In this document: positions 31,586-41,703 of the stretch, in pieces
Layout: every line of letters begins with the position of its first letter
Numbering within the stretch: the first letter of the stretch is position 1
Sequence record: NC_054921.1
DNA: 64,000 bases
Strand: one strand, 5' to 3'
From: Escherichia phage vB_EcoM_IME537
The notes under the pieces: generated by a model
What the model was told of the DNA's origin: nothing
The model's input: only the letters and a program-made list of their open reading frames with translations
The model's database searches: none
Position numbers and translations under genes: made by a program

Positions 31586-32212
31586 TTAACCTCTATTCAT
31601 AAAAGCATTAAAAATTTGGTCATCAATAGAAACATTCACTTTAGACTGTTTTTCTGATGGTAATTCATATCCACATATTACAATTTTATGATCAATATCA
31701 AAATACACAGAAGCAATATGATTAATGATGTTTTCAGTAAAGTCTAAATCAACATCAATATCTTTTTGACCACAGCCCAAAGGATAAATAATGCGAGTAA
31801 TTCGATTATCTTTAACAAAGATTCCACCGATATACTCTGTGCTGCGTTCAAAGTCTACACGCCGACGAAATGAAAAATATTCAGGCTCTTTATGAGCTCG
31901 GCTCATAGGACACAACGAGTAACTAGAATAAGAGATGTCAAATCCTACGCCTTCAATATGAGCCAAATTATCATGATTAAACCAATTATAATCGTACGCC
32001 AAGTCCATTAGATTATAATATGTAAAAGGCACCGGATTAACATCACTAGTCACAAGCACGTAATTAGCAACTGCTATAATTTCGTTGTTTTTAACGAATA
32101 CAAACCGTGATTGATGCGAATGACCTGGACCTGCGTTTTCACGATTAATGATATAACACTGGGCACCTTTATATTTGTACGTGTCTTTGCACTTGTGCAT
32201 TTGATAAAGCAT
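31586..32212 (-). CDS. Hypothetical protein (61.2-like position)
   Basis: 208 aa. Confidence 0.5.
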   Translation of the reverse strand: MLYQMHKCKDTYKYKGAQCYIINRENAGPGHSHQSRFVFVKNNEIIAVANYVLVTSDVNPVPFTYYNLMDLAYDYNWFNHDNLAHIEGVGFDISYSSYSLCPMSRAHKEPEYFSFRRRVDFERSTEYIGGIFVKDNRITRIIYPLGCGQKDIDVDLDFTENIINHIASVYFDIDHKIVICGYELPSEKQSKVNVSIDDQIFNAFMNRG

Positions 32213-32505
32213 TATTCACCTACCACTTCAGCGATGATATTTTTATTATTGAAGTTTTTATCGCAATACAAAACATAATTATACTGCATTACACCACCAG
32301 ACTTAAGCTGTTTTTGTACTTCAGCTTTCATTTCAGGACGATCACGCTCAACGATATTCATAATATCCGCTTCAATTTGAGTTTCAACCTCAGTCTGATC
32401 TGCAGTCATAGACCACTCACACAAATCTTTATCATAACCTGCCATAGCAGGCTGAGCAGTACAAGAAGCCAAAGCAAAAATTGCAGCAAAAACAAATTTT
32501 TTCAT
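32212..32505 (-). CDS. sp: Periplasmic protein Spackle-like (Sp)
   Basis: 97 aa; cleavable signal peptide (MKKFVFAAIFALASCTAQPAMA); T4 Sp is 97 aa at this position. Confidence 0.6.
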   Translation of the reverse strand: MKKFVFAAIFALASCTAQPAMAGYDKDLCEWSMTADQTEVETQIEADIMNIVERDRPEMKAEVQKQLKSGGVMQYNYVLYCDKNFNNKNIIAEVVGE

Positions 32506-32534
32506 GATAATCTCCTCAGTAGTTTATGTTTATA

Positions 32535-32564
32535 ATAGTATCTCAATTTCCAACAAAAGTAAAC
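32535..32564 (-). promoter_or_regulatory. T4-type early promoter
   Basis: - strand GTTTACTTTTGTTGGAAATTGAGATACTAT. Confidence 0.5.
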
Positions 32565-32818
32565 TATTTTATTTCCTCAAGTTCGTTAATCAATAAAAGT
32601 TCTCTGACGCTAAAAACAAAGAAAAATGTGTTCCCATCAACCAGAGCATGACCGCTAATAGAACACCCTCTGCGGAATTTAGAAACTTCACAATCTAGAA
32701 CTGTAAAGGGTTTTAATCCTATGACTTTAGCTGTGCGTCTATTCAGTTCACAACCACTTGCGAATTTTTCCAAATCTTCTTCTGATTTAAACTGATATTC
32801 TCTATTAACTAGCATCAT
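32564..32818 (-). CDS. Hypothetical protein
   Basis: 84 aa. Confidence 0.45.
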   Translation of the reverse strand: MMLVNREYQFKSEEDLEKFASGCELNRRTAKVIGLKPFTVLDCEVSKFRRGCSISGHALVDGNTFFFVFSVRELLLINELEEIK

Positions 32819-32850
32819 TTTCTTTTCTCCGCGATTAGCTGATAGAATTA

Positions 32851-32879
32851 CTATAACACAACTCTATCAGCTTGTAAAC
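32851..32879 (-). promoter_or_regulatory. T4-type early promoter
   Basis: - strand GTTTACAAGCTGATAGAGTTGTGTTATAGT. Confidence 0.5.
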
Positions 32880-32902
32880 TACTATTTTACTAGCATCAAT
32901 AA

Positions 32903-33166
32903 CTATTTCTCTAACTTGACGATTTTACGAAAGTATCTTTTGCATTGACGAATCTGTCGCTTCGTAGGGCGCACAGCAAACTTAATAAATTCCACTCGAC
33001 CAAATGGAGGGCTTTCTTCTGCTGGAATATCTAACACCAATTCCCACGTATCCGCAATAAGTGCCTTGAATTGAGTATTTTTCCTGACATTATATGGAGT
33101 AGGTTTAAATAAAACGATATGCATATTATCCTCGGCAATCCACTTCGCATACTTTCTTATCATCAA
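32903..33166 (-). CDS. Hypothetical protein
   Basis: 87 aa; overlaps the dmd ORF at its 5' end, so the true start may be internal. Confidence 0.4.
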   Translation of the reverse strand: MMIRKYAKWIAEDNMHIVLFKPTPYNVRKNTQFKALIADTWELVLDIPAEESPPFGRVEFIKFAVRPTKRQIRQCKRYFRKIVKLEK

Positions 33167-33308
33167 TGAAAGCTTTAACTAAAGCTTTATTAACTTCAGC
33201 ATATTGAGTAGTAGCCCATTGAACGTCATCTTTCATCATTGTAATTTCTTTAGTAAACATGCTTTCATTCTTAAACCACCCCATAAAAACTACCTTTACC
33301 AATTCCAT
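33126..33308 (-). CDS. dmd: Dmd-like protein
   Basis: 60 aa (MELVKVVFMGWFKNESMF..); size and location match T4 dmd (gene 61.5). Confidence 0.6.
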   Translation of the reverse strand: MELVKVVFMGWFKNESMFTKEITMMKDDVQWATTQYAEVNKALVKAFIDDKKVCEVDCRG

Positions 33309-33337
33309 AACAATCTCCTCATTTAACCAACAAGACT

Positions 33338-33367
33338 ACTATACCATAGTCTTGTCAGCTTGTAAAC
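33338..33367 (-). promoter_or_regulatory. T4-type early promoter with palindromic spacer
   Basis: - strand GTTTACAAGCTGACAAGACTATGGTATAGT; 8-bp inverted repeat CAAGACTA/TAGTCTTG spans the -10. Confidence 0.55.
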
Positions 33368-34794
33368 TAAAATTTTAATTCATTTGCCAAAGCATCTAAC
33401 TGGGCTCGAGTAGATTCATTTCTTTGATAGCGATTCTGCTCAGCTTGTATCTGTTGTGAACCTGCTACTTCGTTCACTTCGGTTGGAGTAGAATCTTGCT
33501 CAATTTCTACCCATTTTTGATTTCCTTTTTGAACACCCATCAAAAACTTATTCCATTTATTCTTATCACCATATCGTGATTTGATTTGCTTAATGAGTTG
33601 CTGTTCAGCCGCTGCTAACTCCTCGGTTTCAATGACCGCAAGCATAAAATCGGCTGTTGCTGGAAGACCGGCAGATTCTGCAATATCGCTCATGTTAACA
33701 TCAGAAGAATCCCAAGCTTGCTTACCAACCTGTGCTGCAGTCCAAAGAACAGTTTCGGTTTCAACAGCTAGAGCACGCAATTCCTCTGCGATAGCTTTAA
33801 CAGTTGTGTAACTATTTTCTGAGTAAACTCTGATGCGACAAGATTTACAAATACCTAGATAGTCGACAATAATGATTGTTGGAACAAAATTCTTCTTGAG
33901 CTTTAATTCGTTTAAAAGCGATCGAAATGTATTAGCGTCTGCTCCACCAGTAGGATACTGTTTAACGATTAAACGTCCAAGAGTAGATTTCTCACGCCAT
34001 TTTTCCATTTTTCCTTTATATTCAGCGTAAGAAATATGCCCATCATCAATGTCATCAAGAGAAACGTCAAGCATATTAGCATCAATACGTTTAGCACAGA
34101 CTTCTTCTGCCATTTCCATGGAAATGTAAAGAACATTATGACCGAGCTGTAAATAATCTGCTGCCAATGAACACAGACCTAATGACTTACCAACGTTAAC
34201 ACCAGCCATTAAAACGTTCAGTGTTCCAGTTTCAGCTCCGCCTTTAGTAATTTTATTTAGAATTTTGAGTTTAAATGGAACCTTACGAGCTTTATTCATA
34301 TAAGATAGCCAACGTGCTTCATAGTCATCCATCCAATCATGACCAACGTAACTATCAAATGAAATTGATAATGCTTGGCGCATGATGTCAGGAATAGCAC
34401 CAACATCCGGCATTTTCTTATTTCGTTTTTCCGGAGGAAGCTCAGCATTGGTTTGAATTTCAATTATTTTAGACGTAGCATTAAACATCGCCCTTTGCTG
34501 AACATATTTTTCTGTTTCTTTTACTAACCAGCTGTGGTCTTCCGGAGAATCGGTTAGTTTTGAAATAAGTGTTTTTACACCAGAATATTCTGTTTCAGTA
34601 AATGAACTATTTTCTAATGCAACATTTAACGCATTAATAGATGGAACGCTATGATACTCATTAACATGTGATTTAATTAATTTGAATGTATTTTTAGCTG
34701 GACCACTTTCAAAATATTCTGAATCCATATATGGCCAAACTTTTGAAAAATAAGCTTGATCAAATATGAGATGAGAAAGAATAATTTCTACCAC
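33367..34794 (-). CDS. 41: Replicative DNA helicase gp41 (DnaB-like)
   Basis: 475 aa; Walker A (GVNVGKS), RecA-like core; same size as T4 gp41. Confidence 0.95.
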   Translation of the reverse strand: MVEIILSHLIFDQAYFSKVWPYMDSEYFESGPAKNTFKLIKSHVNEYHSVPSINALNVALENSSFTETEYSGVKTLISKLTDSPEDHSWLVKETEKYVQQRAMFNATSKIIEIQTNAELPPEKRNKKMPDVGAIPDIMRQALSISFDSYVGHDWMDDYEARWLSYMNKARKVPFKLKILNKITKGGAETGTLNVLMAGVNVGKSLGLCSLAADYLQLGHNVLYISMEMAEEVCAKRIDANMLDVSLDDIDDGHISYAEYKGKMEKWREKSTLGRLIVKQYPTGGADANTFRSLLNELKLKKNFVPTIIIVDYLGICKSCRIRVYSENSYTTVKAIAEELRALAVETETVLWTAAQVGKQAWDSSDVNMSDIAESAGLPATADFMLAVIETEELAAAEQQLIKQIKSRYGDKNKWNKFLMGVQKGNQKWVEIEQDSTPTEVNEVAGSQQIQAEQNRYQRNESTRAQLDALANELKF

Positions 34795-34803
34795 ACTTAC
34801 TCC

Positions 34804-35160
34804 TTAAAGAAATTTAAATTTTTTCTTTGACCTTTTATTAAATGCATCTTGTAGTTGCATTGTAATACATTTTTCTACATGAGGAGCTAACTCAGCTTTT
34901 CTTTCTTGGTCAAGAACAGCAAAGTCCATTACGACTTTTCCATCAACCCAATCTAATTTTGTCACATACACAATGTGTGTAGAACCATCTTCTAGTTTAA
35001 TGACAATCTCCTGGATAACATTTTCCATGGCAGATTTAATTATCTTAAGGGATTCATTAAAAAGACGTTCTTTTCTTTCTTCTTCCCCCTCCGAAGAGGG
35101 GGATTCGTCGATAATTTCTAAATCTAAATCATCTTTATTCATTAAATTCTTCCATATCAC
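34804..35160 (-). CDS. 40: gp40-like protein
   Basis: 118 aa between 41 and uvsX as in T4. Confidence 0.55.
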   Translation of the reverse strand: MIWKNLMNKDDLDLEIIDESPSSEGEEERKERLFNESLKIIKSAMENVIQEIVIKLEDGSTHIVYVTKLDWVDGKVVMDFAVLDQERKAELAPHVEKCITMQLQDAFNKRSKKKFKFL

Positions 35161-36316
35161 TTAACTGATCTAGGTCAGTTTCTAAATCAGCTGCTGATTT
35201 ACTTTTACTTTCTGGAGATTTAAATTTTTCAACCTTTGAGTTAATTAATTCATCAACTTCAGCTTCAACAATTTCATTGCTATCAATAGCACCTAACTGA
35301 TAAGCACGTTTAATAGCATCTCGGAATGGCTGATGTTTAAATAAAGGACCCCAGAATGTAGTGCAATTGGTATCTTTTGCACGCCAAGATTTTTCTTCGC
35401 GAATCATCTCGCCGGTTTCTTCGTCAAGAAATTCACGAGCATACCAGCCATTTTTAGGTTTTACTACAAATCCTAATTCAAGAGCCATATCTAACAATCC
35501 AGAATAAGGATCGATACCACCGTCAAATTTAACATCAATAAAGAATTTACTTTTTTCTTTAACGGTACGAGATTTTTCTACATTTAGAACAAATTGATAC
35601 CCCTGAAGATCAGAACCATCTTTAATCTGGCGCTTACCGATAATGAATACAGTATCAGCCGAATACATTACGCCTGTACCACCTGTCATCACGGTTTTAC
35701 TAAACATTTCAATTGTTTCAATTGTATGGTTAACCGCAACACATGGAATGTTTTTAATACTAAAATAAGGAGTAACGATACGGAATAATGACTTCAGTGA
35801 TTTAGCACGAGTCATATCTGCCACAGATTTTTCATTCAAGGCATCTTCCGTTTCTTTCTTAGAAGCCATATTACCGATTGAGTCGATGAATACAATAACT
35901 TTTTCACCACGCTCGATAGCTTCAAGCTGATTCACCATATCAATTTTCAGCTGTTCAACTGACTGGATTGGTGTATGAATTACTCGTTCCGGGTCAACTC
36001 CCATGGATCGCAAATAAGCTGGAGTAATACCAAATTCGCTATCATAGAATAAACAAACCGCATCAGGATATTTGTTCAAATACGCCGCAACCATAGTCAA
36101 AGACATATTTGATTTAAAGTGTTTAGAAGGACCTGCAAAAATAGTTAAACCAGACTGCATACCGCCATCAATCGCACCGGAAATAGCAATATTAAGCATT
36201 GGGATTTTTGTACGGATTACATCCTTTTCATTAAAGAATTTAGATGTAGTCAGTTCAGCAGTCATTTTAGAAGTGGAAGCTTTAATCAAACGGGATTTTA
36301 AATCTGCAATAGACAT
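35135..36316 (-). CDS. uvsX: Recombinase UvsX (RecA/Rad51 family)
   Basis: 393 aa; Walker A GPSKHFKS; near-identical to T4 UvsX as recalled. Confidence 0.95.
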   Translation of the reverse strand: MSIADLKSRLIKASTSKMTAELTTSKFFNEKDVIRTKIPMLNIAISGAIDGGMQSGLTIFAGPSKHFKSNMSLTMVAAYLNKYPDAVCLFYDSEFGITPAYLRSMGVDPERVIHTPIQSVEQLKIDMVNQLEAIERGEKVIVFIDSIGNMASKKETEDALNEKSVADMTRAKSLKSLFRIVTPYFSIKNIPCVAVNHTIETIEMFSKTVMTGGTGVMYSADTVFIIGKRQIKDGSDLQGYQFVLNVEKSRTVKEKSKFFIDVKFDGGIDPYSGLLDMALELGFVVKPKNGWYAREFLDEETGEMIREEKSWRAKDTNCTTFWGPLFKHQPFRDAIKRAYQLGAIDSNEIVEAEVDELINSKVEKFKSPESKSKSAADLETDLDQLSDMEEFNE

Positions 36317-36393
36317 TCATTTTTTCCATAGGCATCATTATATTTTCCTCACTGGTTAAAGATAGGGTAATTATAACACAATAAATTTAGGCA

Positions 36394-37242
36394 TTAATCA
36401 ACTGCTATTGGATGAATAGCATTAAACTTATGAAACGCTTCTGATTTTTCTTTGCGCGAAACACACATACGAAGAACCTTTAATGGCTCGTCTTCTTCAC
36501 CTAATGATTTTCGTTTTTCAATATTAGAAGTTTTCCAACGAGCTTGCTCTGGAAACTCTCTATTGATTTGCTCGAGCGCTCTATTATGTTTTGAATTACT
36601 ACGAATTGAACTACATCCGCCAGGAGCTTGTGCTTTTCCAGATACAACTAGATATTTGAACAAGGCCAAATGCGGATAACCTTGATTAATTAAATTGAGA
36701 AATGCATACATATCTTCGCATAAATCAATTTTTCCATACCCAATTTGTTCTGTTGTAAGTTTTCCGAGGTCATACCAGGTATTCGTGAATCCATATGAAT
36801 TTTCACGATAATTACCCCAAGATGAAGTAATTTTAAAAATAGGTAGACGAGCATGGCCATGATAATACCCGCAATCCATGGCATCTTTAACGTATTGAAT
36901 CAATTCATAGAACTGTTCACGGGTTAATTGATTAATTTTATCTACGCAGCGACGATCATCTTTCTTTCGCATTGAACTCATACGAATAGTAGTATCATCA
37001 TCGATCATCCAAATTCGTTGACCTGCATACATATCAGTAATTGCTTTACGAGTTCCAGCAATTCCATTTACATCATCGGGAATAACTACAATTTTAGCTC
37101 TAGACCCGTAAGCGTCATAATAAGCTTTTTCTTCGTGTTCACGTACTACAATATGAGGTTCATAATCAGTCGGAAACATATCAAGGGCAGAAACTGCCCC
37201 TACGCGTTGATAGCTTGGAATTACGAATTGAATCATTTCCAC
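36394..37242 (-). CDS. Putative DNA glycosyltransferase (DxD motif) at the T4 beta-gt locus
   Basis: 282 aa; ..IWMIDDDTT.. DxD-type motif; occupies the uvsX-42 interval where T4 has beta-gt (351 aa), consistent with a T2/T6-type second glucosyltransferase. Confidence 0.45.
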   Translation of the reverse strand: MEMIQFVIPSYQRVGAVSALDMFPTDYEPHIVVREHEEKAYYDAYGSRAKIVVIPDDVNGIAGTRKAITDMYAGQRIWMIDDDTTIRMSSMRKKDDRRCVDKINQLTREQFYELIQYVKDAMDCGYYHGHARLPIFKITSSWGNYRENSYGFTNTWYDLGKLTTEQIGYGKIDLCEDMYAFLNLINQGYPHLALFKYLVVSGKAQAPGGCSSIRSNSKHNRALEQINREFPEQARWKTSNIEKRKSLGEEDEPLKVLRMCVSRKEKSEAFHKFNAIHPIAVD

Positions 37243-37973
37243 TCACCGTTATAATCTTTTTTCGCAATATGAGTTTCGCCAGTTTTCCACCAATGGTCAA
37301 CCAAATAAAAATGACGAGAATACACATGAAGGCTTCCAACATTCCATATAATGGAACCTGCTTTATACTGACGAGTTGAATCACCTGCATTCAAATCAGA
37401 TACTAATTTATCTAGTACGTATTTTTGCCATGCATAATCATTACGGAATCCAAAGACCACGTCATTTGAACGCATGCTTACTACTGCATTGACTTTCTTA
37501 TCACGAATCAGGTACTGTACTGTATTCGTACACATGAAATCTGACATACCATCTTTGTTGTAGTCAAACTGCATGGATGGACGAGTATAAATCATGATAC
37601 CGCGGCGAGAATCAGGATTTTGACCAAGTTCAGCTAAACACATATCATACTGGGCATAGTTATCTTCTGACCAGATAGCCCAACCATAATTCGAGTTAAT
37701 TTCACCTTTAGAAGATGCTACCTGTTGCCAAATCTTTGGCGTTTCGCCTGGAATATCTTTAACAAACAGACTTTGAGACTTATACCATTCAAGTTCACGT
37801 TGAATGTATTCATCATTAAGAGCACCAAAAATAAAAGGTTCATCTGCTACAAATGATGCGCCAATAATTTCAATAGTTTTAACACCAGTTTTATCAACTA
37901 CGAAATCTTTTTCCTTTAATGCAATTCCCAAATGAAGACGGGTTTCTTCAACTGTCATAGAGTCATTAATCAT
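37233..37973 (-). CDS. 42: dCMP hydroxymethylase gp42
   Basis: 246 aa; thymidylate-synthase-like fold; matches T4 gp42 as recalled. Confidence 0.9.
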   Translation of the reverse strand: MINDSMTVEETRLHLGIALKEKDFVVDKTGVKTIEIIGASFVADEPFIFGALNDEYIQRELEWYKSQSLFVKDIPGETPKIWQQVASSKGEINSNYGWAIWSEDNYAQYDMCLAELGQNPDSRRGIMIYTRPSMQFDYNKDGMSDFMCTNTVQYLIRDKKVNAVVSMRSNDVVFGFRNDYAWQKYVLDKLVSDLNAGDSTRQYKAGSIIWNVGSLHVYSRHFYLVDHWWKTGETHIAKKDYNGEWK

Positions 37974-38126
37974 TTAAACCTCAATTGATACATTCATATT
38001 TAACTTGTAACAGTAATAAGCTCCAGCCTAAAATAATAGTTGGAATCATACAAGGAACTGCTACGCTATAGTATATACTTATTATAATCATCAAGATTAA
38101 AAGCAATACTGCTAAAATTTTGCTTT

Positions 38127-38378
38127 TCATTCCTTCTCTCTGATGATAATTACTTGATTTTGCTGTACAGATTTTTTAGTTTCACCCGCAATTGACCAAA
38201 TAAATGTAATAAACCAACCAATGATTGACCAGTTAAACAGTAAAGATGTGAAAAAGATTCCTACTGTCGATTTTGACCCACGCATCAAGGCGATGAACCA
38301 CGGAAGCATGTATATAATAATAGCCAACACACCTGAAACTAAAACCATAAAAATTGAACCTGCTACTAAAGTTTCCAT
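38127..38378 (-). CDS. imm: Superinfection immunity protein Imm
   Basis: 83 aa, two TM segments; same size and location as T4 imm. Confidence 0.7.
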   Translation of the reverse strand: METLVAGSIFMVLVSGVLAIIIYMLPWFIALMRGSKSTVGIFFTSLLFNWSIIGWFITFIWSIAGETKKSVQQNQVIIIREKE

Positions 38379-38385
38379 GTTTTCC

Positions 38386-38766
38386 TCACTTAGTCAAATT
38401 TTTTACACATGAATTATAAGAATTTACTACATACTCCATCGGAGCATTTTTACCTGTACGCCATTGGTAATTATTAGCCCAATTTGCCCAAAGTTCAGCG
38501 CAGTAGCTTTCAATTTTTTCTTCACGCGTAATCACATCTGAATTACGATATGCTTGTGCAGATTCATCTGGACGAATAGCTTCGTCAAAATTCGCCTGCA
38601 TTTGTTCTACTGTCTGTTTTGGAGCCTCTTTATAACACTTAACATTAGGATTATAAAATTTGCTTGAACAGTTTACAATTTTTCCTACATCAGACTGATT
38701 TACTACCGGTCCTTGAGCTACACAACCAGTAAGACCCAATGCAATAACCAAAATAGCGATTTTCAT
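38386..38766 (-). CDS. Putative lipoprotein adjacent to imm
   Basis: Likely start at MKIAILVIALGLTGC.. (GGAGAA RBS), giving about 126 aa with lipobox; the track ORF (to 38877) reads through the promoter region. Confidence 0.5.
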   Translation of the reverse strand: MKIAILVIALGLTGCVAQGPVVNQSDVGKIVNCSSKFYNPNVKCYKEAPKQTVEQMQANFDEAIRPDESAQAYRNSDVITREEKIESYCAELWANWANNYQWRTGKNAPMEYVVNSYNSCVKNLTK

Positions 38767-38800
38767 TTCATTCTCCAAATCCGTATCAGTTGATAGTTGT

Positions 38801-38830
38801 ATAGTACCACGGAAGAACAGAGATGTAAAC
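38801..38830 (-). promoter_or_regulatory. T4-type early promoter
   Basis: - strand GTTTACATCTCTGTTCTTCCGTGGTACTAT then CAACTATCAACTGATACGG leader. Confidence 0.6.
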
Positions 38831-38912
38831 AGTTTTGTGAAAAAAATTTTTAATGAATTCCAGAGGTCCAGAATCATCTATTTTTCCTAAATATAGATTT
38901 ATATTACTTGTG

Positions 38913-38935
38913 TGAAAAAGGGACCCGGAGGTCCC
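38913..38935 (-). terminator. Rho-independent terminator downstream of gene 43
   Basis: - strand GGGACC-TCCG-GGTCCC followed by TTTTTCAC. Confidence 0.55.
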
Positions 38936-38948
38936 TAGATTTATTCTA

Positions 38949-41645
38949 TCAGCCAAACAGGAAGTCTAACGAAGCTTTTTCCTCATAGTCCATACCTGCC
39001 GATTCACACATACCCGCAAGCGGTTTAACAAACGATTTTTGGAACAAAGTTGAGTAGTCAATCCAAGACAGTACATCAGAACGAATTTCTTTTGGAAGTT
39101 CCGTACCCGACGGCCAAGCAATGCATTTATCGCCAAATGGATTTCCCTCACGTAATGGAAGAACCATTACCTTATTTCCATCCAAAATTGGAGCTACACC
39201 TAAACCATTAACAGCTCGACGATAAGTTAGCACCCCACGAATATGGAACGGGCATTTAAACCCTGGCCAACCTTTATCATCATATTTCGCTATATCATTC
39301 GCGGTTTTTACTTCAGCAATAACTTTATAATCAAGTTGACGATATTCTTTCTCAAAGTTCTTATAGTATTCTTGGACAGACTCTTCGCCTTCCTGAAGAA
39401 TACGACGAATACTTTCTTCAAGAGCTTCTTGCACTGCTTTTGGTGTTGAACTCTGTTGAGTTTCCATACCCATGATTTTTAGATGCGGTTCAGCAAATCG
39501 CTTATCTTCCATATCATAAACGTTCAGAGCATAACGTTTTTTCGCTTTCCAAAATCCACCAACACCCTTTGAACCAAGCGGAGGACAAGAAATAGCTTCA
39601 CGGTCCATATGCATCAGATGCTCGCGGTTATTCATATAATCACATAACTCACGATATGCAACATCAATCATAGGTTCCATCTTTTTCTTACCGAACTGAT
39701 TCATGAATTCAACTAAATCATTTTGTTCTTTAAAGCGATCAAGACCTACTTTTTCAATTACTTTATCTACACAAACATATACCGAATCAGTATCACCTGC
39801 TGCGATGAAATCTTCACCATCAGTTCCACATACTTTATTCAGATATTCATTAATTTTACGAGCAATCCACTGAATACCAACTTGACCGAAAATTGTGATA
39901 GCAGTAGCATTTCGCAAATCATAGTAACGGAAATGAATATTACCAAGAGCACCATAAAGACTGTTAATAAGAATTTTACGGTTCAGCTGATTTGTGTTAG
40001 CAAGTGTAGCTGCTTTTTCACATTCTTCGATCAGACTATTAAGAACAGATTCAGTGTAATTCGATAATTCGTTTAAGAAATCATCATTGAACTTAACATA
40101 TCGTTCAACTTCTGGTTTAGTTGAACAAGACCCTGCACCTTTCATAATAATCTTTTTAATAGCTTCGGCATTCATTTCTTCAGCGAACATTTTCTTTTTC
40201 CAATCTTTACGTTGGAAAAATACTTTAGCGATTTCCTTTGGAATGATACCTTCTTGATGCTTATCATACATCCATCCATTCGGAGAACAAGAATATTCAT
40301 CACTTGGCTTAGGAGCTGTTCCTGCGATATATTCATGAATTGGATGAACTTTAAACTGTCCACGAATAGTCTCAGGACTAATGTTAACCTGACGAATAAT
40401 GCTAGGATACAGAGACGTCAAGTCAAAACTCATAATGTATCGACGAGCAATCGGTTTAGGTTCAAACACAAATGCACCTGGAAAACTCTGTTTAACGTGC
40501 GAACCTTGTTGAGGAATAACCTTATGTTCACCTTTCAGTGAGTTAAAAATAATAGCATCCCAAGTTTTAATAGGACTCATTACACCAGAAAAAGGCATTT
40601 TAGCGTAATAAGACATACTTAAAACTAGATCGATAAACCCACGAATTTTATCAATTGCTTGAACTGATTCTACGTCAATGATGTTATAACTAATGTATCG
40701 TTGATGATTAGTCTCACGAAGTTTATTAATAGGACCATCGTACGGCAATTTACCTTTTTTGGTTTCGTGCTGAGCAACTGATTCCAAAGAGAACGATGGC
40801 AAATTAGTAAATGCGAACTTCTTGTACAAATCTAAATAATCAAGAATAGATACGCCATCAATAGAATAAATTTCTTTGCTACCGTACATATTTTGAATTA
40901 GTTTAGATTTTACTCGACCGATTGGAGAGAAACGTTTCATACTGCGTTCACCGAGAACCATTTTAACACGATTCATGATATACGGAACGTCAAATCCCTC
41001 AATATTCCAACCAGTAAAAATAGCAGGTCGTTTCTGTTCCCAGAGATTAATATATTCCATGAGCATATCACGCTCATTATCAAATGGCATATAAATTACT
41101 CGGTCAAGAATTTCTTGAGGAACTTCATCACCACCTTCACAGTCAAGCTTAGCAGCTAACTTTGCATCCCATTTTGATACTGAGCCGTACATTGAATTCA
41201 ACAAATCAAAGACGTAAAAACGGTCGTCAATTGAATCATAATGAGTGATAGCATCAATTTCATATTCTGCTTTCATTGGGTCAGGAAATTTATCGCCAGT
41301 AACCTCAATGTCACAGTTAGCTACACGAACAAATTTTCGGTCATAAACAATTTCTGAACCATATGTATCACTGATATAAGCGAGTTTAAAATCGTTCATA
41401 CCGAGAGCTTCGAGACCGATGTCTTCCATTCGTTTCATCCAATCTCGTGCATCTTTCATTGATGGAAATTTTTGAGGAGCACAGTTTTTACCGTAAATGT
41501 CTTTGTATTTTGATTCTTCCTTACAGTGTCTAAACATAGTCGGAAGATATTCTACTTCACGAGTACGTTCCTTTCCGTTTTCATCAATATAACGTTCAAT
41601 AATGTTATTTCCGACTGTTTCAATAGAGATATAAAATTCTTTCAT
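38949..41645 (-). CDS. 43: DNA polymerase gp43 (family B)
   Basis: 898 aa; exonuclease and polymerase motifs including ..AAGDTDSVYV..; same size as T4 gp43. Confidence 0.95.
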   Translation of the reverse strand: MKEFYISIETVGNNIIERYIDENGKERTREVEYLPTMFRHCKEESKYKDIYGKNCAPQKFPSMKDARDWMKRMEDIGLEALGMNDFKLAYISDTYGSEIVYDRKFVRVANCDIEVTGDKFPDPMKAEYEIDAITHYDSIDDRFYVFDLLNSMYGSVSKWDAKLAAKLDCEGGDEVPQEILDRVIYMPFDNERDMLMEYINLWEQKRPAIFTGWNIEGFDVPYIMNRVKMVLGERSMKRFSPIGRVKSKLIQNMYGSKEIYSIDGVSILDYLDLYKKFAFTNLPSFSLESVAQHETKKGKLPYDGPINKLRETNHQRYISYNIIDVESVQAIDKIRGFIDLVLSMSYYAKMPFSGVMSPIKTWDAIIFNSLKGEHKVIPQQGSHVKQSFPGAFVFEPKPIARRYIMSFDLTSLYPSIIRQVNISPETIRGQFKVHPIHEYIAGTAPKPSDEYSCSPNGWMYDKHQEGIIPKEIAKVFFQRKDWKKKMFAEEMNAEAIKKIIMKGAGSCSTKPEVERYVKFNDDFLNELSNYTESVLNSLIEECEKAATLANTNQLNRKILINSLYGALGNIHFRYYDLRNATAITIFGQVGIQWIARKINEYLNKVCGTDGEDFIAAGDTDSVYVCVDKVIEKVGLDRFKEQNDLVEFMNQFGKKKMEPMIDVAYRELCDYMNNREHLMHMDREAISCPPLGSKGVGGFWKAKKRYALNVYDMEDKRFAEPHLKIMGMETQQSSTPKAVQEALEESIRRILQEGEESVQEYYKNFEKEYRQLDYKVIAEVKTANDIAKYDDKGWPGFKCPFHIRGVLTYRRAVNGLGVAPILDGNKVMVLPLREGNPFGDKCIAWPSGTELPKEIRSDVLSWIDYSTLFQKSFVKPLAGMCESAGMDYEEKASLDFLFG

Positions 41646-41647
41646 AG

Positions 41648-41684
41648 ATATTCCTTAGTTTATAGCCCGAGTTATTAGGCTCTT
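41648..41684 (-). promoter_or_regulatory. Putative gene 43 translational operator (hairpin + RBS)
   Basis: - strand GAGCCUAAUAACUCGGGCU hairpin followed by AUAAACUAAGGAAUAUCUAUG; resembles the T4 gp43 autoregulatory operator as recalled. Confidence 0.45.
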
Positions 41685-41703
41685 GATATATTATACTCCA
41701 AAT

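Noticed and set aside
36350-36395. MotA-dependent middle promoter upstream of uvsX
   Set aside because: A TATAAT -10 is present, but the MotA box match (TGCCT rather than TGCTT) is imperfect; plausible but unsupported.
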